The position numbers and the translations under genes are program-made. The notes beneath the pieces are model-generated. The model was not told the origin of the DNA, ran no database searches, and saw only the letters and a program-made list of their open reading frames with translations. A stretch of DNA of 64,000 nucleotides from Psilocybe cubensis (taxonomy: Eukaryota), in the NCBI GenBank assembly GCA_017499595.2, contig CM039006.1, positions 1,116,001 to 1,180,000 of the forward strand. Reading direction: 5' to 3'. Shown piece after piece: positions 27,282 through 38,604 of the stretch (positions are counted from its first letter, which is position 1; each line of letters opens with the position of its first letter).

Positions 27282-28055
27282 TTAGACAGTTCCTGACTTG
27301 GCAATGGTGACCTTCTTCGATGTCTTTCCAGATGAAGATCCGAGCTTCTCAATGGCCTTGACAACATCATATCCCTCAACGACTTCGCCTAGACGGCTAG
27401 TCAGAAATATAATGCCTTGAAGTTATTCAATTACATACCGAAAACGACATGGGCACCATCCAACCAGGAGGTAACGACAGTCGTGATGAAGAATTGGGAG
27501 CCGTTGGTGTTCTTGCCAGCGTTGGCCATGGACAAGAGACCAGGTTTGGTGTGCTTGAGCTGGAAGTTCTCATCTACAATTGTCTCCATGAGGAAATTGA
27601 TGAATGAAAATTTGGCGTGTAAAAACTGACCAGCAAACTTCTCGCCGTAAATGGATTTTCCACCAGTGCCGTTGCCCTTGGTGAAATCTCCTCCCTGGAG
27701 CATGAATTGGGGGATCACACGGTGGAAGCTGGAACCTGCGTATCCGTAACCATTTTGGCCAGTGGCGAGTTCACGGAAATTGCGGGCGGTCTTAGGGACG
27801 ACATCGTCAAAGAGCTTGAAGACAATGCGGCCGGAGGGAGCGCCGTCGATTTCGATATCAAACTAGCGACAGGAGAAAATTATTAGATTCGTTATCTGAT
27901 CTTCCATCGCGGGGCAATCTCTCTCTCGCTATTACCGAAGCGTGCAGGCGATTGACATCCACGCCACACTAGACGTGGATCCTCCCTGCAGGCCTGGATC
28001 CCAGGATAGCAGAGAGCTTTGAGCCGAAATGAAAACTTACGAAGACGTTGGCCAT
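27282..28055 (-). CDS. cypA: Cyclophilin A-type peptidyl-prolyl cis-trans isomerase
   Basis: Canonical '[28 protein letters not shown]', 'DENF', '[19 protein letters not shown]', '[12 protein letters not shown]'. Three introns. Confidence 0.97.
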
Positions 28056-28831
28056 TGTAGATCGATGTGGATCGTAACAGAAAGAGTGGTGCTGCAGATT
28101 GTGCAATCACCTCCTGCGTTTATATGAGCTCGGCTGTTACCGGTTGTAGATCATTCATCATCGAATTTGCCGGATTCGTGATCTCCGACCCCATGCGTCT
28201 GAAACGAAATTGGTTCGGTGGGGATCATCCTCGACGAACGTTCCAGAAGCCCGACACCTGGACGAAAAGACAGAGAAAAGGAGCGAGCTCCAAGCAAAAT
28301 TCATCCAGCAGAACCCAAAGCCACCCAAGATCCAAAAAACACACAAAAACAAGTCATTGGATAATCAGAAAAAAGACAAATCAGACAGAACACATCTTGG
28401 CGTATGAGAGAGAGACGGTCGCCGTGTCATATAAGCGTCATCTATTTTTTGTGAGACCGTGCAGTGTGGATACAGGAAGCAGAGCACCATGAGCAGAGAG
28501 GCCTTCTTCTGTTCAAATCTTCCTGAGCTGAACACTGCTCAAAGATGGGATCATTTCTCCGAAATGCTATGCCCGACTCTGTTCACACAGACTCAACAGA
28601 ACATCGCTTTCACCGGTCTAGTCTTTGAAAGCCATGTTCGAGTGTCGAGCATATCTCGGTTTCGTTTCCAAGATAAGATTAGATCATGACAACCTGCGTG
28701 ATCAGGATTACATACGCCTGACTTTGTCCGATGGCAGATGCAACCTTGGTTTCTTCTGGTCGCGACGAATCCGACGACATTGGTTTCGCCAGGTCCGCTC
28801 CCAATCCAATCTTGTAAAGCCAGTATTCCTC

Positions 28832-31181
28832 ATGGCCACAGATTACTCAGACGTCTCCTTGGTCAACGACAGCCAAAGACTTGAAAGTTCAGAGCATAGT
28901 CCGCTCCTTTCCAGTCGCGAGCCAAGGTCCGATGGCTTGCCACGAGTGAGATCTGCGTTGGAAGGAGAGGCTTTGAACCGTGGCGACGGTGACCGTGAGC
29001 TCTCGTTTGACACAAAGTCCGTGTCGCCTCTCATCCCGCATGTAAAGTAAGACATGGAGAATCGTACGACAACGTTCCTAAGGACAAGCGACAGTTGGGT
29101 GAGATGTTTCGTGATGGGAGTTCGCGGGGCACAGGGACTGACTTGTGACCTTTTGTAGGACTTTTTAGTGTTGCGTTCCTCATTTTTAACCGTATAATTG
29201 GAACGGGGTTAGTTGGTTTTACCATCAACAACGTGACAAGCATCCTAACGTTATCCCAGAATCTATGCTACGCCCAGCAATATCTTGCGGTCCTCGGGAA
29301 GCGTTGGTGTATCGTTGATAATGTGGCTCGTGGGTGCATCCATTGCAGCATGCGGAACTGCTGTATACGTCGAGCTCGGCACTGTAAGGCATGCCTTCTA
29401 GTTCTACACCCATATTTAACCATGCTTCTAGGGACTTCCTCGTAGTGGTGGTGAAAAGAACTATTTGGAATTCATTTACCGTCGCCCCAAGTTCTTGGCT
29501 ACCTGCACGTTTACAATCTATACTCTCATTATGGCATGTCATTTTTACTTCTATAATCACCCAGTCTTACGTTCGCCTTGATCTAGGGTACGGCTACCGC
29601 AAATAGTGTGGTTTTTAGTGAATGTATGCGCAATGAAAATATTTCTTTTCTCTATCGACACTAACCAATGTGTTTTCAGACCTTCTTCATTCTTTGTCGA
29701 TTGAACCTACTTGGTTCAATACACGGCTTGTGGCATTCCTTTGCTTGAGCTTCGTTTGCTTGATTCACGGCACACGCCTTCGTTGGGGTCTCCGACTGCA
29801 GAACACTCTGGGACTATTTAAACTTGTTGTGTTGGCTTTAATCTCTTTATCAGGGATTCTCTGTCTTTTAGGTCTCAGTCATTTCCAGGTCCGTGAAGGC
29901 TACGAGAAGCCTGATAATTTCAAATGGGAAAAGTTCTGGGAAGGCTCGGGCACTGGACTCAACGCATTTGTGAGCGGCGTCTACAATGTCATCTGGTCTC
30001 TGAACTGGCCTTCTCTTTTTCTTGAATTTACTAACTGAAAATATCTATTCCAGGTCTTTCGTCGGGTACTCGAATGCTAACTATGCCTTGTCTGAAGTCC
30101 GTGATCCTGTTCGTACTATAAGACGAGCGGCACCTCTGGCCATGCTAGCCGTAACTTCTGTTTATGTGTTTATCAATATTGCGTACTTCGCAGTCGTTTC
30201 GAAGTCTGACATTTTGGAAAGTCGACGGATTGTTGCGTTCGTCACATTTTCATCTTTATTGCTCGTCAACAGCCTAATATCTTCTCAGAGCTTTGTATTT
30301 TCGCAACTTGTTTGGCCCTACGACTGAAAAGGTTGCTTCGAGGCTATCCAATGGAAATACTTTACTGACTGATCCTGTAGACTCTCAGCTCGTTTATCGC
30401 TATATCAACGCTAGGGAATCTTCTGTCTGGTCAATTTTCCCAAGGCAGAGGTGTGGAAGCCTAATTGACTTGCTCAACCTGTACTGACTCATGGTGTATA
30501 GTGATTCAAGAGCTTGGCAGAGAAGGCATATTGCCCTTTTCTGCAGTCTTCGCTAGCAATAAACCTTTCAATGCTCCTCTGACCGGCCTTTTCACTCAGT
30601 ATCTTGTATCTTGTACTTTTCTTTTTGCAGTTCCACCGGGAGATGCTTATCTTTTCCTTATCAGTCGTGAGTTCTTCCAATTTATGATTATGTCATTTCT
30701 TCCAACATTTGGATCACCTATCCAGTATCATCTTATTCACTGTCACTTATCAACATGCTTGTATCATTTGGGCTGCTCCTTCTGTATTCGAAACCATATT
30801 TTGCTTGGGGATGGAATCCCCCCTTTCAAGCCCCTAAGCTCCTTGTCATCCTCTTCTTCGTTTCCAACTTATTCTTGGTGACGATCCCTTTCTTTCCGCC
30901 GATGCCTGACTCAAAAACATATACACAACTTCCGTATTGGGTGAGTAATTTTTTTTTGATTTGTCGTCTTCTGTTTAGTAACTTTTACGTTCTTCATTTG
31001 TCTTATTCAGTCGCATTCGGCTGGAGGTCTTGCCCTCTCATTGCTCGGTTTTAGTTATTGGTATGTTTGGGGCATATGGCTTCCAAAACGGAAAGGCTAC
31101 CGCCTGGAGCGTAAGTGGGCTCTCCAGGACGATGGGGTATCTCGATATATTTTCCATAAAATCCCCGCATCGACGCAGTAG
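28832..31181 (+). CDS. APC-superfamily amino-acid permease (LAT / Mup1 methionine permease-like)
   Basis: 'LGLFSVAFLIFNRIIGTGIYATP', 'YVELGTGLPRSGGEKNYLEFIY', 'WSFVGYSNANYALSEVRDPVRT', 'QELGREGILPFS'. Many introns. Confidence 0.92.
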
Positions 31182-31919
31182 ATTTGCTAATATGTTTTAG
31201 AAGAAATGTTCAATGGGAAATTGAGGACAGTACAGGGTAATGTCGTAACCTTATTTTTGGGCCTTCGAGGCACATTGTTGACTGGTCACTGGCATTTTTC
31301 AATTTCTCATGTTACTAACATTTAAATTGCCACCAGTTTCTTTTTATGCCAGTTCACATTACTTTCAGACAACGACCTTGTCCAATTGAAGCCTTTCAGT
31401 CTTTCTGGTTAACTCCCTTTCAGTATTTTCTGGCATAGAGCACTTTAGGCTATAGCCAAGGACCATGGAATGATAGTCAGATAGCCACATTCTGACTTAT
31501 CATCAATGGCTCCGTGAATCCATTTGGTGCTTCCGCCTAGTCTAAAAATACTCCTCCATATGAACGTCACTCAGGACACCCCTCAGTCTTTATCTTTTGA
31601 AAATACGAGGTAGCATGAGGTTAAAACATAACCTTGGCTCAATTTTCAAGTCTTTTTGAACGGTTTTAAAGTCTCGAATGCCTTATCATTTCTACAGCAA
31701 AATCGTACATAATGACGGATTTGCCGATATAATTGATGCGATCTTTATTATTCAATAGGGGCCGAGTGAGCATGTAGCTTTATAACTTTGTCAGGAACAG
31801 CCTTTGGGAGCTAAATAAAACCCCGCCACCGGCAAGCTTCGCTTTTTCCAAACCCTCGCTCCCGCCGACTCGCTCTGTGCCCACCCTGTCTTTCTCGTCT
31901 CTTTTCCCCTCCCCTTTTC

Positions 31920-33689
31920 ATGACATTCTTCGATGACCATGAAGTAGATTCAAAACGGCAGATGTGAGTTAAACATGCACTCCTAACTTTGGATACGCCA
32001 TTGATCTGTCATTGGTAAACCGGTAATGGTCGATGATATGCGTTCATAAGACTGCTCCATAATTATCTGCATATCTTTGCCATCAGTCAGTACTCCTTAC
32101 TTTAGCTTTTAGGCGTCGTCATACCTAATGCGGGCGAATCAACAGCTTTCCTATACTATGATCATCTTATCACAGCAGGTAACGAGAGCATCCTACTGTC
32201 ATTTTGGTCAGAAGAACAAAGTTTAACGCGTCAATGAATCTCTAGGACAAGAAATCAACTACCTATGGTTGGGACCCAAGAATAGGAGCACTTATTGGTT
32301 CTTCTTGAATCGCTACATTGCATTTTTTGGTAACATAGTAGTTGTGGCATTGGGGTTTATGGACCTGAGTACGCAGGTACGCACTTTTCATTCACATTCA
32401 CGACAAGGGCTTCGTCATCTAATGATGTTTTTATTCGACAGAGGTAAAAATTTACTGTTCATTTGGCATGTTTGACAGTACTTATTTCCTTTCCGGATAA
32501 AGCTGTAGTCGCTTCAGCTTGTTTCGGCAGACATTACTCATTGTCAATCAAGTCCTAGTGTGCAGTAAGTGCTACATCTAGTTGCAACGATGTCATCTCA
32601 CCCGTTGTGGATCACGTATCAAATCAGTTTTGTTAACACTACGCATCTTTGCCTTATATGCGCGTTCATTGAAGGTATTGGCATATCTGGTTGGCAGTGG
32701 CTGTATCCTCCTGGCCGTTACTTGCGTATGTCACCGGGCATCTTCTCTTCCTCCAAAGGCTAACTTATAACACGAAGTGGGTAATGTTTGGTCAGAAGAG
32801 TGCACCTTCCGAAACGGCTTCTGGATGTCATGTCGCCTTTTCATCGATGACGTACGTAGGCATAGCTGTTTCTCTGGACGCATGAAATTCACCTTATTTA
32901 ATCAGTTCAGTCCGTGCGTTGCATCGCCTTCAGAAGCTGTGTTGTATAATGATTGGTATTCATTTTACAGGCCTCGCGGCCGCTTGGGAAGCCCTTTTCG
33001 TTTACGACTCGATCATATTCGGTCTAATTGTTGTAAAAACCTGGAGGGCACGACAAGATCATGCGATTACAGGAATTAGTATACCGTTGATTTCACTGAT
33101 TCTCAGAGATGGTATGCACCGCCTTTGCTCGCCTTGTTAACCACACTGATGACATTTTAGGTGCTGTGTATTTCGCGTATGAGTCATTTTATTCATGTTA
33201 TCTGGGAAGTTGTACTCATCCACTGATGTCTTTAGTGTGATGGCTCTTTGTAATCTCGCTAATATCGTGACTTTTTATGTGAGTTCCCTTCCGTATGTTT
33301 ATTGTCTGCATTATTAAAGGATCGATAGCTGTGCGGTGTAAGTCTTTGACCGTCTTCTAAGTTGCCATCGCCAGGCTAAGTGAAACCTGATAATGATAAG
33401 CCTTTCCTAAGAGGCGGGCTATCAACGTTTGCCAGCAGGTCAGTGTACCAAACCTTACCACTATCGCTAGAGTAGCACTTACGTTATCTTCAGCATGTCC
33501 GTGACAATGATGTCGCGGCTGATGCTCAATTTGCACGAAACAGCGGAAGCTGGTATCTACAGTACAGGAATCACTACGACAAGGAGAAATCATTTGGAGC
33601 AGGCTACAGACCCCACCCTCGATATTGTACCTCCGTCGGCGGTGTCTGATACGGATACCGTGCAATCTAAGAGACGTAAGCAGCACTAA
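31920..33689 (+). CDS. DUF6533-like multi-pass membrane protein (paralogue B), many micro-exons
   Basis: MTFFDDHEVDSKRQI|LLHNYLHIFAI|..FLYYDHLIT..EINYLW...WFFLNRY...LLTLRIFALY...LAAAWE...LILRDG|AVYF...MSVTMMSRLMLNLHE. Exon architecture matches paralogue A. Confidence 0.85.
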
Positions 33690-33941
33690 TGGTAATCGAG
33701 ATGCCCACAGGAAGCCCCGTATCTCGGGCAGATTATGGACTTGGCCCGAGTAGAATGGTCCGCGCAAGCGGGTGTACCGCACTCTTTTGTATCGTTATAA
33801 TGTAGCAGTAGTATTCGTATTCATATTTGTAAATAGAAGCATAGATTAATACAAGAATGCCAGTCATTTCGCTCAACATATCGTGCATAACCAGTGGAAA
33901 GCTCAATCCAAATGCCTTGTCTTTGCTTGGTAATTGGCACC

Positions 33942-35453
33942 TTACTTCTTCTCTTTCAACAGCTCTCGCGCTTGGGCGGCTTCGTCGGGTGTTGAGAGGA
34001 TGAAGTCCCTCTTAACAAACGCGTGTGGTTTGTCGACATCTTTAAACCCACGAGCCTTTGAAATTTCTGGATCGTTTATAATTTCGGGTTTCTAGGAATT
34101 TTATAAAAAATTCATCAAGTCTAGTAAGCTTTCCACCCGAAGAAAGTTTGGCCAACACTTACCACGATCAATGACGATTTTACCCCAAAGACGACGTCAG
34201 AGGTGAGATACGGATCACCTTCAAAGAAAAGAGACGTGGTGACAGATTCAAAGCCGGGTGCCTGATAAAATTTGATGCTGTTAGAGGCCTATAAACAGAA
34301 ATAACAGATATGAGACTGACCGCAATTTGGACGTGGAGATGAGCTGGGCGGAAGACATGTCGCCCGAGGGCGGAAACCATCCTACCGACAGGACCGTCGC
34401 TTGGAATGGGATAGGATACCGGCCTGAGATTACACTATGATTAACAACTGATTGGGACGAGAGAGCGGATAAAATGTCATACACCACTGCTCGGTAAGCA
34501 AATGACCCATCTTCTCCAGAACGAAGACGTCCTCTGCAATCTGGTCCATCCCTTTTGTCGTACTGAGTTATCCATTACATCAATTCATCATGTCCCGGTG
34601 ATTATATCTATCAACATACCTGTGTGTCGTATAAGCCATGTCCATCGGTTTCCCAAGTGTCGATAACGGCATTCGGAATTGGGTTTCCGCGAAAATCCAG
34701 CACACGGCCTTCTACATACATGTAGTCACCTTTGCCTTCAGAGGCAATAGAACCGCCGTGCTCAACTATAATACTTGTCATTTAACGTAGAAGATAGGTG
34801 AACCAAGTCCACACACTGTCATGAGCATCTTCGGTAAAGAATGGACCGAGAACAGTCCCTTCGGTTGCCTGTGGTGGCTTTGTATTGTTAATGGAATCTA
34901 CCAGGATGGAAACGCCTAGGACATCGGACAAAAGGATAAACTCTGAATAACGGTGCGTTGTTCGTAAATGTACTCGGATTCAGAGGTAAGGAAAAAGGGC
35001 TATACCTTGACGGAGGTCAGTACATTTATGTCCTGTCTCCGTGAGGAAGTTGATTGCCGTCCTGTCCACATAACTCAATACAACGAAGGACTACGCTAGA
35101 TGGTCACGCACATCCATTCATCTGTTGTCAGTGAGGTTTCTCTAACGAAGTCGTGAAGGTGGCCGATCTGATGATGGATGACTTGAAAAGTTGAGTGCAA
35201 CATGATGCTATTTTGACTGACCAGCTTATCGAAAATGAATTGCATTCTTTCGTCCTTGCCTAATGAAAGAGCAGCAATCGAAACCATAAGAGAAGCCCAA
35301 TAAGACAATATCGACTATAAGCTTACAATTGGCGTTCATAGCCTTGACATTCTGAGTGATGGTGTCGTGGGTCATATTGAGGTTCTTTGGTAGTTTAGAA
35401 ATGTCAATGCCATGTTCCTTGGCCTTTTCGGCTGCATTGATAATCGATTCCAT
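33942..35453 (-). CDS. Intradiol ring-cleavage dioxygenase (catechol/hydroxyquinol 1,2-dioxygenase type)
   Basis: '[17 protein letters not shown]', '[19 protein letters not shown]', '[10 protein letters not shown]'. Iron-ligand motifs 'GLYDTQY', '[11 protein letters not shown]' and 'RPAHLH'. Confidence 0.93.
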
Positions 35454-37138
35454 GCTGACGTTTCGAAGCGTCGATGAAAGTTGGGTTGAAAGCCTGAGGA
35501 CTGGATGCTGATGCTAGAATTTATATCATGTCGGACTCTCTGGCACTTGAGGGTTGTATTAGAAATCATAGAAGAAGTTCCCATATGCGTTCCTCTCGTG
35601 GGTCAGCGTGAGACTGTCGATCCTAGAAGAATGTGGTATGAATTATCCAAGGTTCACTCCTGGTTTTACGGAGTATGTCCCGGGACGAACTGTTCCACTA
35701 GTCTAGTCAGCTAACATGACAATTTTGTGCCAGCAATTGCCCATTGAACATACTGCTACTCGGGCCAATTACGCGTTGACGAATGTTGAGGGTCAATTGA
35801 AATTATGAAGATGGAGTCTGTTTTGTAATGCAGCTCAAAGTATCCAAAGCATTGACTTGAAATCGGATGCTCAGGGCATATATTCAAGCCTGGTTTACGC
35901 CATAACAGTGACATCAACCCAGCAACAACCGGATATGAAGGAAACAAATCATCCGTCTAGGTGAGGAACGGAGACCTTGAACTACTAGGCTGCAGTTGAA
36001 CTTACAGCTATACAAAAGAACCCAGCACAGATATATCATAAAATATAACTTTGATAGATCCCCAACATTAATACTGGATTTTTTTTGCAGAGCTTCCACT
36101 TGGCCCAAGAGTAAAACGAGAGTGTTTAAGTTGGTGAGAATTAACTGGTTTAATTCAAGTCCAGCTCGGACCACAAGCGAATGACGAATCAGACTTCGTA
36201 CCACATGATGTGACACAAGTGTGACTTAGTAGTTTTCTTGTCACGATATTGGATTTGCCACTTGCTTTTGTTCCACAACCATTGATAACTGTCGTTCATT
36301 TAGGTTTTAAATGGAACTCAAACGTTGCACTCTATAATACTCCGATAATATTCAAATCGAAAATTAACGGGCTCACTGTGTTGGAACGCACCACTAGTAT
36401 GCGTGTCAGATGCGTGTCGCAAATCGCCGCATTAGAGCCAGAATATGTTTTATCTTCGTGGACGCCATCCAGTCATATGTCATGGGTCAAGGGTGAACTA
36501 TGGATTAATTGATTATGGCTTACAGAGAGTTTGTCACGTCTTACACGACTGGCATGAAATTAAACCTGTGGTTTGAAGCGAACTTCATGAAGCAGTGGGT
36601 ATGCTGGCAGTATAGATGAAGAAGGTAAGCGGTGTCTTGCAGTGCTTTAACTACTATCCTGCCATTCCTGACATCGAAGCAGATTAATACGATAACGGAA
36701 GCCAATCACATTTGTCAGTTTTTTGGAGGATCCCTCCACCTGTGCTCCTAAACGTGTCAGTCAGGCCTGCAAACCAATGCGCGGTGTATGAACATGATTG
36801 TCTCTATTTTGGGGTCGTTGTTGCAGAATGGTAAGGTCAGCGTCATATAACGGGAGCGAATTTAATGTGATATGAATTCATTACAGAAGCTGTTTATAGT
36901 GGCATGTCAGTGGTCATATGCTCTGGTGACTCGACTATGGCGGTACGTCTTCTTTGAGCTGTGGTAATCAACACCCTATATCACAATGTTCTTTTTATGA
37001 AGACTCCGATAACGACTGACATTTATCGATTGAAGTCAGATATTCTGCTCGTCCAGCAAGTATATAATCTGGTCTCCCTTCCTCCCCATCGGTCGTATCT
37101 CCCACAAAGGTTTTCGAACAAGTTCGCAAAACATCATC

Positions 37139-38371
37139 ATGTTCCAGTACTTATCGTTATCCATCTTCATATCTTTAATGGCTGTAACAGTTCTATCCGA
37201 CCCAACCGATCTGGCCGTCACGGTAAGTAAATAACGACTACATTTTGCCATGAATAATAATGAAAGGGCCGTGCCCAATAGGCGAGTTGCAGCCCCGATA
37301 GTCAACCTTGTGGTTTTCGATCAACATGTTGCCCATCTGGGTGAGTGTACACGAATCTTAAAGCCAAAGAAAATTAATTTAATCACTTTTTTCACATTTG
37401 AAGATTTAAATGCAACTTTCTTCGCGGTATTCCTATATGTTCCAACCCAAATAAGACATCACTATCTGGATTTGATTATATTCCATGCCCTGATCCTTAT
37501 TCTTGTAGGCTGCCTTATCGATTATTGAAATATTTAACTGCGTACACTAACTCGGGCATCTAACCAGATGAATGCGATGCTATATTGGGCATCAGAACTG
37601 GCTTATGTTGCCGTAAGTCACATAACCAAACATGATCCCACTAGTTAAGACTATTAATGAAATTGGCTGCAGCAATTGGTAGCGTCTGTCGTGTGCAGGA
37701 TACAAGTGACGTTGTCAAATGCATCAACGAATTTGGAGAGACACAATCTGCAATCCCCTCATCGACTACTGGATTCCTTCCTTCGGTCACACCTGTTACG
37801 AAGGACGCTGTATTCAGTCCCACCCACGCTTGGAATACTTTACCAAACAATCACAGCTGCTCCACGAGTAAGACCTTTTACACGACGAGCACAATCAACG
37901 CTAGTGTTACCATCAATTATTCAGGTATCAGACGCTCTTTCCATCTTAATTTACCTTTGACCCAGCGTATATGTAGGGCCAAGCATTATGATCAACACAA
38001 TCACGTCGCCTAACGGTGGAGTTCTTACTGTTAATGTGGATGGCTTCCTCACCGGCAGTGAAATCGATACCTATGTGGCACCTACCAACTCGTTTCCAAT
38101 CTGCTTTCCAGTTCAGTTTCCTCCTTTTCTATCAGTGCCACCGGGATTTGGATCCAGGGATAGCCACACCATGATATTGACGTTCGTCGGCGCTTCCAAG
38201 GACGCTCCTCGAGATTCTGAAAGCAGCGTCCAGTTATTGTCTTTTGCCCTTCCAGATCATGATAATGCATCTAGACTGAGAAATGATGGCTCATGCAAGG
38301 TTGTCATCGGATTGACGGGTTATCTGGGCTACATCTTAACGATGTTTGCAATCTTTTTTTTGCTTGTGTAG
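37139..38371 (+). CDS. Secreted or membrane-anchored hypothetical protein
   Basis: Signal peptide MFQYLSLSIFISLMAVTVLS followed by a GTAAGT donor. Later exons 'TSTINASVTINYS|GPSIMINTITSPNGGVLTVNVDG' are beta-rich. Hydrophobic C-terminus 'GYLGYILTMFAIFFLLV*'. Middle exons uncertain. Confidence 0.65.
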
Positions 38372-38604
38372 CGTTTTCATCAAACACAAAAAGTATCAAT
38401 AAGTCACAATTTACTCTATTTACATCGGCTCTAAATCGAATAAATTATCAATAGGAAGTCGATACTTTACGGTATCCAGCCGTTTACCACTACCTCCCTT
38501 TCCTCTATCCGTCTGTTACTTTGTCGTCCAAACGCGATCCCTAACGATGCCCTAAATAATATTGTGTGTTCCACCGGAATGCATGCACAGTGGGAACGGG
38601 GGGT

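Noticed and set aside
27892-28200. Upstream extension giving a mitochondrial isoform of cyclophilin A
   Set aside because: No in-frame upstream ATG, and a TATA-like CATATAAA lies shortly upstream of the ATG at 28055.
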